NCBI GenBank assembly: GCA_963718665.1
Contig: OY970359.1
Coordinates: 2,464,001 to 2,528,000, forward strand
Source: an uncultured Phycisphaerales bacterium
GTDB lineage: Bacteria; Planctomycetota; Phycisphaerae; Sedimentisphaerales; Anaerobacaceae
Length of the DNA: 64,000 nucleotides
Reading direction: 5' to 3'
Part shown: piece by piece, positions 56,619-64,000 of the stretch
How positions within the stretch are numbered: the stretch's first letter is position 1
Layout of the letters: each line of letters opens with the position of its first letter
Translations under genes and position numbers: made by a program
The notes under the pieces: model-generated
The model's input: only the letters and a program-made list of their open reading frames with translations
What the model was told of the DNA's origin: nothing
Database searches by the model: none

Positions 56619-57893
56619 ATGCCTGTAAGAACGAAAGAGCAAATTGAACGGGATGAGCAGATATACCAGATAACGACGCTGGTAGCCGGCCGCTTTACGC
56701 TCCAGGAAGCGCTCGACAAGCTTGCCGAGGCCGCGGTCAAAATCACCGGCCTCAAGGCCTGCTCGATTCGCCTGCTCGACGAAGATGCCGGTGACCTGAA
56801 GATGCGAAGCACCTACGGGCTGAGCGAAGAATATCGCAACAAGGGCGTTGTCACCAAAGACGACCCTGTTATCAAGGCCGCCTTCGCGGGTGAAGCCGTC
56901 GTCCTCGATGATATGCAGGATGACGACAGGGTCTCATTCAGGGAATCCACGATAAAAGAAGGACTCGTCGGCCAGCTCACCGTCGCGATGAAATTCAGAG
57001 ATAAGCCTATCGGCGTCCTGCGGCTTTACAGCGGAAAACCCGTGCATTTTAAAGATGACGATATTGACCTTGCAAGAGCCATCGGTTCGCAGTGCGCCGT
57101 CGCTATCACCAACGCCAAGCTTTACGCCGAGGCCATTGAGGGCGCCCGAATCACCGAGCAGATGCGCCTCGCGGGGCATATCCAGCGGCGAATGATTCCG
57201 GAAAAGGCGCCTCAGGTCTCAGGACTTGATATAGCCGCTACGTATATCCCCTGTTTCGACGTGGGCGGCGACTTTTACGATTTTCTGGAACTGGGCGACA
57301 ACAAAATCGGTATCGTCATTGCCGATGTTATCGGCAAAGGTATCCCGGCTGCGATTATGACAAGCTCGTTTCGCGGTGCGCTGCGGGCTTATTCGGAATG
57401 GACCGATGAGCTGCTCGAAACTGTTCGCCGGCTCAATAAAATGGCGTGCAAGGAATGCGCCGCGGGAGAATTTATCTCCCTGTTTTATGGCATTATCGAC
57501 GTGAGCAAAAAAAACATCACCTATTGCAACTGCGGCCACGAACCGCCCGCTTTATACAGGGACAAACATATCATTGACCTGAACAAGGGCGGTCTTGTCC
57601 TTGGCGTTTTGCCGAATGCCGAGTACCAGTCGGAAACCGTTCAGTTAAACGAAAATGATTATCTGCTTTTTTATACCGACGGGCTGATTGACGCCGCCAA
57701 TTTCGAGGGCGATACATGGGGCAGGGACCTTCTTCTCAAAAGCTTTGGTAAATGCCATATAAGCTCTGCCTCCCAGGTGATTAATAATATACTCGCATAC
57801 CGCAGACGGTTTGTAGGCCTGGCCCGGCAGGTGGATGACACGAGTATGGTCGTCGTCAGGGTCGCAAAACCGGCTGACCCGCTTGTGCGTTAG
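56619..57893 (+). CDS. GAF + SpoIIE (RsbU-like PP2C) phosphatase
   Basis: N-terminal GAF-like domain; VGGDFYD, ADVIGKG, CGHEP, YTDG, DDTS. Confidence 0.93.
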   Translation: MPVRTKEQIERDEQIYQITTLVAGRFTLQEALDKLAEAAVKITGLKACSIRLLDEDAGDLKMRSTYGLSEEYRNKGVVTKDDPVIKAAFAGEAVVLDDMQDDDRVSFRESTIKEGLVGQLTVAMKFRDKPIGVLRLYSGKPVHFKDDDIDLARAIGSQCAVAITNAKLYAEAIEGARITEQMRLAGHIQRRMIPEKAPQVSGLDIAATYIPCFDVGGDFYDFLELGDNKIGIVIADVIGKGIPAAIMTSSFRGALRAYSEWTDELLETVRRLNKMACKECAAGEFISLFYGIIDVSKKNITYCNCGHEPPALYRDKHIIDLNKGGLVLGVLPNAEYQSETVQLNENDYLLFYTDGLIDAANFEGDTWGRDLLLKSFGKCHISSASQVINNILAYRRRFVGLARQVDDTSMVVVRVAKPADPLVR

Positions 57894-57930
57894 GTGGTTA
57901 AAATTTTCTGCGGTCTTTGCGGTTAAATTT

Positions 57931-58614
57931 ATGGCTCGACTTGTAATTACTATTGATGGTCCAGCCGCCAGCGGCAAAAGCACCGTTGCCCGCTTACTGG
58001 CGGTGAAACTTGACGCTGTGTTTCTCGATACCGGCGCGATGTATCGGGCTGCCACTCTTGCCGCGATGCTCGATAGTGCGGACATGACTAATCAGCAGCG
58101 AATACTCGAAGTGATTGACGAAAGCGTATTTGAGTTTAAAGCGACCCCTGACGGTATGCTCGTGCGAATCGACGGTGTAGATACCACTACGCAAATACGC
58201 GACCCCAAAGTTACCGAAAATGCCCGTTACGTCGCTTGTCTTGCCCCCGCGCGCCAGCGTCTGGTCGATATGCAAAGGCGGTTTGCTCAGGCGTACGAAA
58301 GGATTGTTAGTGAGGGCAGGGACCAGGGGACGGTTGCTTTTCCCGACGCTAACGTCAAATTTTATCTGACCGCCGACCTCAACGAGAGGGCACGCCGAAG
58401 GCAGGTGGAGCTGAAAGCCAAGGGCATAATGCAAACCGATGATGAAATCCGTCAGGCCATTCTCAAAAGAGACCAGAGCGATGAAAACAGGGCCGTCGGG
58501 CCTTTGAAACCGGCTGATGACGCGGTTATCGTTGATACCACCGACTTGTCTGTCGATGAGGTCGTCGAAAAGCTGGTTGATTTTGTGAAACAGAAATGCC
58601 CAATGAAACTTTAA
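57931..58614 (+). CDS. cmk: Cytidylate kinase
   Basis: IDGPAASGKST, DTGAMYR, EGRDQGTV, RDQSD. Confidence 0.96.
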   Translation: MARLVITIDGPAASGKSTVARLLAVKLDAVFLDTGAMYRAATLAAMLDSADMTNQQRILEVIDESVFEFKATPDGMLVRIDGVDTTTQIRDPKVTENARYVACLAPARQRLVDMQRRFAQAYERIVSEGRDQGTVAFPDANVKFYLTADLNERARRRQVELKAKGIMQTDDEIRQAILKRDQSDENRAVGPLKPADDAVIVDTTDLSVDEVVEKLVDFVKQKCPMKL

Positions 58615-59255
58615 AAAATCGCTGGAGTTTATTTGCACGGCGGTGCTGCTGGTTATTCTGCCGAGTGTTTTTCCGTATGCGGTTTATCGGCCTGGAAAAT
58701 ATCCCGGCGAGCGGGCCGTTCATTCTCGCCGTTAATCACCAGAGTTTTTTTGACCCGCTGTTTGCCGGCATTATGTTTAGAGGGCAGCTTTGCTTTATGG
58801 CACGCGACTCACTCTTTAAAAGCAAAATTTTTGGCCCGCTTCTTAAATCGGTCAAGGCGATACCGGTTCGCAGGGGACAGGCCGACCTCGCGTCTATAAA
58901 GGCCATTATCGCCAGGTTGAAGGAGGGCGACGGAGTATGTCTGTTTCCCGAAGCGACACGAACTACCGACGGCAAAATCGCTCCCTTTAAAGGGGGCTTT
59001 ACGCTTTTGTCCCGCCGTGGTAATGCCCCTGTTGTCCCCGTATTGATTGATGGCGCATTCGAATGCTGGCCCAGGCATCGAAAGTTATTCAAAATCGGCT
59101 CGAAGATTACCGTTACTTACGGCCAACCAATATCGGTTGAAAAAATAACAGGTATGGAAGACGACGATTTCGCCGCTATGCTGACCAATACAATGAGACA
59201 AATGCAGTCCGAAACCAGAATCGCCCAGGGCAAACAGCCGTTTAATTATGACTGA
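58596..59255 (+). CDS. plsC: 1-acyl-sn-glycerol-3-phosphate acyltransferase
   Basis: NHQSFFD, FPEATRT; follows cmk. Confidence 0.92.
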   Translation: MPNETLKNRWSLFARRCCWLFCRVFFRMRFIGLENIPASGPFILAVNHQSFFDPLFAGIMFRGQLCFMARDSLFKSKIFGPLLKSVKAIPVRRGQADLASIKAIIARLKEGDGVCLFPEATRTTDGKIAPFKGGFTLLSRRGNAPVVPVLIDGAFECWPRHRKLFKIGSKITVTYGQPISVEKITGMEDDDFAAMLTNTMRQMQSETRIAQGKQPFNYD

Positions 59256-59271
59256 ATCCTCATTGGTGCGG

Positions 59272-60180
59272 TTATTTTCTGCTGCTTATTATCTCTTTAA
59301 TACTTCGATTTAGCAGCTTATTAAATTCATCCGGCCGTTCCAGCATTAAAAAATGCCCCGCGCCTTTCATTATCGAAACGTCGAATGACTGCATATATTT
59401 ACGGTTCGCCTCGGACTTTGTGGGCCAGAGGTCCGCGTTAATACATCTTACCGGTACCTTGACTTCCTTGAAAACACTTATCATTTTCTTGTCTGCTATT
59501 GTTCCTGTATATTCCTCAAGCGCGCTTATCGCGATATTCGGCGGCGCCGATGACATATCGTCTATAATCCATTTTTCAAGTTCGGGGTCGATGCCTTTGC
59601 CCATCATCTGTTCCACAAATGTCTTTACCGATGCCTTGAAATCCTTTTTGAATCCGTCTATCCCTATCAGCTTGCCGGCTTCCTCTCTGCTGTACCACTC
59701 TTCCACGTTTTGCAGGGTATCGACGCCTATAATCCCGATAACTTTCTTCTGCTCCATGCTCGCCGCTGTCGCGACTATTTCCCCGCCAAATGAATGCCCG
59801 ATTACAATTACCTTGTTTGCGTCAACCGCCTCGATTACCGCCTTAACGTCCTGCGCGAAACTTTCCACCGAATAAATTTTGCGACCCATGCTCGAATTGC
59901 CGTGTCCCGCCAAATCCATCGTAACTACCCTGTATTCCCTGGCAAAAATCGGCACCTGCTCCCGCCAGTATCTGCTGTCACAGCTCCACCCGTGAACGAA
60001 TACCAGGGTTACATCACCGCTGCCGTAGACGTTATAAGTTATCGTCTCCCCGTCAAATGATTTGACACAGCGAATCTGGCCGCAGGGCTTTTTTGCTGAA
60101 CAGGATAGGGAAAGAATCGCAGTTGCGGCCAATAAAATTGTCGGGAAGCCAAATTTGTGTATTAAAGAGCTTTTTGTCAT
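59272..60180 (-). CDS. Alpha/beta hydrolase, probable lipoprotein
   Basis: FVHGW, DLAGHG, GHSFGG, GHFLMLE; LSLSC lipobox-like motif. Confidence 0.9.
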   Translation of the reverse strand: MTKSSLIHKFGFPTILLAATAILSLSCSAKKPCGQIRCVKSFDGETITYNVYGSGDVTLVFVHGWSCDSRYWREQVPIFAREYRVVTMDLAGHGNSSMGRKIYSVESFAQDVKAVIEAVDANKVIVIGHSFGGEIVATAASMEQKKVIGIIGVDTLQNVEEWYSREEAGKLIGIDGFKKDFKASVKTFVEQMMGKGIDPELEKWIIDDMSSAPPNIAISALEEYTGTIADKKMISVFKEVKVPVRCINADLWPTKSEANRKYMQSFDVSIMKGAGHFLMLERPDEFNKLLNRSIKEIISSRK

Positions 60181-60235
60181 AACTTCCTCCCTGTTTTTTA
60201 AATTCGTAAATAATAATTCATAAATCATAAATGAA

Positions 60236-63200
60236 TTATGTCGCGACAAGCTCTGCTACCCCGACCTTGTTTCTCGCTCCGACCTGTTCGACAAACGCCT
60301 CAAGACGTGTCGTCAGCGTTACGTCCTCCTGGCCGTCGAAGCTGAGATTCAGAATCGGCATCTCATTGCAGTCGGCGCTCAATCGCCTTGTCTGTGTGCT
60401 GACTATCGTCGAGGGCATACAGGTAAAAGGCATTACGTTTACGACGCCGCCGAAGCCGTCTGTGTGGTATTCAACCATTTTGCCTATACTCAGTATCGCC
60501 TCACCTTCAAATGACGCATCGATATATGGTTTTGCCAAGTCGATTGTATGTTTTGTGGGGTGTTCGGCAAGCCGGCCAAATTTTTTCTCCATCGGCTCCG
60601 CCAGCGACCGTTCAATCCTGTGCTGGAAGAAATTCTGAACTGCGTTATTGAGCAGGTTTTTCCACTGACCTCTGCGATGCGCCATTTTGTGGCGTGTGAA
60701 ATTAGTATAATAAATCCATTCCGCGAGCGGGGCGAGGTCGCAGGCCGCCCCAAGGTCTTCAAGCCGACGAATGATATTGAGATTCGCGAACGGGTGGTTG
60801 CGGACGTATATCTCGCCAACGATGCCAATCCTGGGTTTTTGCAGTTTGTTGTTCAGTTTGACTTTCGCAAACTCTTCGGCAAATTGTCTAAAAAGCAGAA
60901 CCTTGTCTGGGAATCGGCTGTGCTTCACCAGATGCCGGGTCCATTGCTGAACACAATTTTCATATACCTGCTGAACCTGTTTGGTATCGACTGCAAACGG
61001 GCGCAACCGCAGAATCAATTTATGCAGCAGGTCGATGCCGACGATTGAGGTCCAGATGTCTTTCATAAAAGTCACCGGCCCAGCGCCGTCGAAATTGCTC
61101 ACGAAATGGCTGTAGAAGTTGCTGTCCTGATTAGGGGCGAAGATAATTGCCTCATCAACGCCGGCATGTTTGAAGACAAGTTTATGCATACAGTGATAAA
61201 GGCCGAATCTGCAGGGGCCTGATGTGCCGGGCATAAAGAACGCCGCATTCCGGGGCTTTATGCCGTCCTGCTCCAGAACCTTAAGCATTTCTCCGCATGT
61301 TATCGCGCAGGGCAGGCACTCTTTGCCTGTGGTATAAGCCCTGCCTCGCATAAGCGCCGCCTCATCCGCAATCGGCATAACCTCCGAGGGCTGTCCGTAT
61401 GCCTTCAGACATGCTGCTATTCCGAACGACGCGTCACCCATGTAGGGTATGTACAGCGTCCTCTTTCCAGCATACGTTTTATTTACTTTGTCTTCTGTCT
61501 TCTGCCTTCTGTCTTCTGTATTCTGTTTGTAGTTCTTCAAACTTTCTAAAAACGCCTCAATTCGCGTTACTACCCCCGCATCCGCAGAATGCTCATCTAT
61601 TTCCAGCTGCAGGCAGGGCTTATTTCCCATTATGTCTTTGAAGAAGGGCATCAAAAACGAATCAGGTCCGCAGCTGAAATTGGACAGATACACCGCGAAG
61701 AGGCGGTTGTCCCGTTTGATAATTTCCGCCGCACGCAGAATTTTTTGTCCGTACGACCAGTAAATTTCACTGTGCAGTTTTTCATCGCTTAGCCGGGCTT
61801 CTTTGAGGTCGAGCATATCCATCGGCATCATTTCCACGCCGGCGTCGATGAATTTTCCGGGCAATTGCAGGCTCACGCCTTCGTCGCAGCCGTTGTATGG
61901 CCTGCTGACTAACACAAACAATTTCTCATTTGGCCCGATACCGGCAAGAATCTCTTTGCCTTTGTCCAACAGCGCCTGCTCAAAGCCCTGTTGCGTCTCG
62001 AATCCTTTTTCCACCGCCTTGCGAACCAGCGATGATGAGACATTTAATTTTTTGCCGAGTTCCGCGAATGTCTTTTGCGTAATACTGTCACCCTCACCGA
62101 GACGCAGCGTGGCAATTAACAACTTCGTTTTGCCAAGCTTATCGCCGAATGCGCTTCGCACCTGGTATGGGAACGACTGAACGTATGGACAAAAATGATT
62201 GTGCTTGTTCTGCGGGAAGCTGCCCGCTACGGAAACTATGCTTGGCAGGAAGATATAATCCACGCCTTTTTCAATCAGTTCGACAATATGTCCATACGCG
62301 ACTTTGACTGGAAAACAGGGTTGAGCTGTTACCGATTCTACGCCTTTGCGAATCGTCTCTTTGTTTGTTCGACCTGATAAAACAACCTCGAAACCCAGCT
62401 CTTTGAAAAATTGTGAAAATGTGGGCAACAACTGCCAGGATACAAGCGCCATCGGGATGCCAATTGTTTTTGATTGTCGGTTGCCGATTGCCGATTGTCG
62501 ATTAAGCCCTGCGAATTCAAGGAGTTTGGTCTGGCGGTATTGGAAGGCATTGAAACGGCTCTTTTTTTGAATGGTTTTTTTGAGGTTATACCTGTCGCAT
62601 CGTGACCCGTAATATAATGGTTCCGAGCCGGCCAGTTGCACTTTCTTTATCTCGCAATGGTTCGAACAATGGTCGCAGGTGAACGACTCTACGGTATAAT
62701 TGGCATTTACAAGATTTTCGAATCCCTTGAACCTGCTTTCGGGTTTGATACCTGATTGTGTGGCGGCCTGTTCGATATGTTCGGCAGCAATTGCCGCAGC
62801 GCCAAGAGCGCCCGTAATTTCATGATGGTCGGGGACCATAATGGGTTTGCCGGTTACTTTTTCGAAAGCCGCCCAGACAGCCGTGTTAAACGCCGTGCCG
62901 CCCTGGAAGCAGATGTTATTCCCGATTTTTCGTCGTCCGACAACGCGGTTGAGGTAATTGGCGACAATAGAGTAAGCAAGACCCGCGACGAGGTCTTCAG
63001 TAATCGCTCCCTGCTGTTGATAACTCAGCAAATCCGATTCCATAAAAACCGTGCATCGCTCACCCAGTTTGACGGGCGATTTGCTCGCGAAGGCAAGCCG
63101 GGCAAACTCTTCTTTAATGCTTATCCCCAATCGACTTGCCTGTTCTTCAATGAATGAACCTGTCCCCGCGGCACAGGCGTGATTCATCTCGAAATCAACG

Positions 63201-64000
63201 ACCACGCCGTTGTTCAGCGAGATATATTTGCTGTCTTGGCCGCCTATTTCGAAAATGGTGTCCACTTTGGGATTTATGATGGCTGCCCCGGTGGCCTGAG
63301 CGGTAATTTCATTTATAACGACATCCGCACCGATAAAGTCGCCCGTTAGGTATCGCCCGGAGCCGGTGCTGGCTGCGCCGATGATTTTCACTTTGTTTTG
63401 CACCTGTTCGCCGATTGATTTCATCACCTGATGTATCGCGTCTAAAGGCCTGCCGGCGGTCATCAAGTAGATTTTAGCGAGGATGCGTTTTTGCCTGTCT
63501 ATCACGACTGCCTTGGTACTTAATGAGCCGACGTCGATGCCGAGATATGCCTCTATTGGTTCAGCAGCTTTTGCGAGCAGGTCGTTGCGAACATTATTTT
63601 TCGGAGGAGGTAAAACCGGCGTTGCGAGCAGTTCCCTGCGAGGGGCGTTTTGAAGTGATGAACCACGTTGACTGGTATATTCGTCGATATTCTCAATCAG
63701 CGAGTTGGCGGAGATGCTGTGTAATCCTTTGCTTTTTGCGGTGAGGACCGCACCGATTGCGCCTGTGAAGAAATGGGTCTCGGGGACGATGAGCCGGCCA
63801 TCTGTAGTTTCAAAGACCTCGGAGATTGCCTTGACGACACCGGCGTTTGCGGCTACGCCTCCTGTAAAGATGATTGGTTTGATAAACTCACGTCCGCAGC
63901 CGAGGTTGCTTTTGAGGTTTCTCGCAAGGGCCAAGCAAAGCCCCGCGAGGATATCGGCCACCGGCGTTGCCTGCTGCTGGAGGTGAATCATATCGCTTTT
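60236..64000 (-). CDS. Acyl-CoA dehydratase activase (BadF/BadG/BcrA/BcrD repeats + DUF2229), 5'-truncated by the window
   Basis: GGVAAN, GIDVGSLSTK, EIGGQDSK, CAAGTGSF, RCTVF, CFPVK, FSCGPDSF, GPCRFG, PFTCMP. Confidence 0.92.
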   Translation of the reverse strand, partial: KSDMIHLQQQATPVADILAGLCLALARNLKSNLGCGREFIKPIIFTGGVAANAGVVKAISEVFETTDGRLIVPETHFFTGAIGAVLTAKSKGLHSISANSLIENIDEYTSQRGSSLQNAPRRELLATPVLPPPKNNVRNDLLAKAAEPIEAYLGIDVGSLSTKAVVIDRQKRILAKIYLMTAGRPLDAIHQVMKSIGEQVQNKVKIIGAASTGSGRYLTGDFIGADVVINEITAQATGAAIINPKVDTIFEIGGQDSKYISLNNGVVVDFEMNHACAAGTGSFIEEQASRLGISIKEEFARLAFASKSPVKLGERCTVFMESDLLSYQQQGAITEDLVAGLAYSIVANYLNRVVGRRKIGNNICFQGGTAFNTAVWAAFEKVTGKPIMVPDHHEITGALGAAAIAAEHIEQAATQSGIKPESRFKGFENLVNANYTVESFTCDHCSNHCEIKKVQLAGSEPLYYGSRCDRYNLKKTIQKKSRFNAFQYRQTKLLEFAGLNRQSAIGNRQSKTIGIPMALVSWQLLPTFSQFFKELGFEVVLSGRTNKETIRKGVESVTAQPCFPVKVAYGHIVELIEKGVDYIFLPSIVSVAGSFPQNKHNHFCPYVQSFPYQVRSAFGDKLGKTKLLIATLRLGEGDSITQKTFAELGKKLNVSSSLVRKAVEKGFETQQGFEQALLDKGKEILAGIGPNEKLFVLVSRPYNGCDEGVSLQLPGKFIDAGVEMMPMDMLDLKEARLSDEKLHSEIYWSYGQKILRAAEIIKRDNRLFAVYLSNFSCGPDSFLMPFFKDIMGNKPCLQLEIDEHSADAGVVTRIEAFLESLKNYKQNTEDRRQKTEDKVNKTYAGKRTLYIPYMGDASFGIAACLKAYGQPSEVMPIADEAALMRGRAYTTGKECLPCAITCGEMLKVLEQDGIKPRNAAFFMPGTSGPCRFGLYHCMHKLVFKHAGVDEAIIFAPNQDSNFYSHFVSNFDGAGPVTFMKDIWTSIVGIDLLHKLILRLRPFAVDTKQVQQVYENCVQQWTRHLVKHSRFPDKVLLFRQFAEEFAKVKLNNKLQKPRIGIVGEIYVRNHPFANLNIIRRLEDLGAACDLAPLAEWIYYTNFTRHKMAHRRGQWKNLLNNAVQNFFQHRIERSLAEPMEKKFGRLAEHPTKHTIDLAKPYIDASFEGEAILSIGKMVEYHTDGFGGVVNVMPFTCMPSTIVSTQTRRLSADCNEMPILNLSFDGQEDVTLTTRLEAFVEQVGARNKVGVAELVAT
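61490..61526 (-). repeat. In-frame heptamer microsatellite (ACAGAAG-type, 5 units)
   Basis: gtcttct gtcttct gccttct gtcttct gtattct; encodes QNTEDRRQKTED. Confidence 0.85.
62471..62503 (-). repeat. In-frame heptamer microsatellite (AATCGGC-type)
   Basis: tgattgt cggttgc cgattgc cgattgt cgatt; encodes NRQSAIGNRQS. Confidence 0.85.

Overview
Bacterial chromosomal window, probably from a polysaccharide-degrading Planctomycetota lineage such as Phycisphaerae/Sedimentisphaerales. This is inferred from the many Tat-exported Gfo/Idh/MocA paralogs, a dockerin-like C-terminus, a prepilin-type protein and 7-/9-mer intergenic microrepeats. Left to right: (1) a partial U32 gene, then an AT-rich two-gene island encoding a radical SAM enzyme with a degenerate SPASM domain and a 120-aa precursor with a tandemly duplicated 30-aa Cys-rich core (candidate new RiPP), with a complete IS5-family element (9-bp TSD, -1 frameshift) in its upstream region; (2) housekeeping genes and tRNA-Arg(ACG); (3) an L-arabinose-type utilisation locus (ABC transporter, araB, araD, FucI-family isomerase, GH2, GH29, URO-D-like protein); (4) an accessory patch with an AT-rich Ser/Thr kinase between perfect 26-bp direct repeats and an HNH-AP2 endonuclease; (5) a ~24-kb co-oriented cluster with seven Gfo/Idh/MocA oxidoreductases (six with Tat signals, one of them frameshifted), a TIM-barrel protein, ThuA, a HEAT protein, a 7-heme cytochrome c, a cytochrome b, an NCS1 permease, xylB, a divergent xylose isomerase, a discoidin protein, a GT-C glycosyltransferase and ApbE; (6) folC, dprA, a secreted protein/prepilin/cupin operon beside a Co/Ni ECF transporter with a shared promoter motif, acyP, GAF-SpoIIE, cmk, plsC, a hydrolase and a partial acyl-CoA dehydratase activase. 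Small REP-like and heptamer repeats appear to have inserted in frame into two genes. All calls come from reading motifs by eye; no database searches were run.
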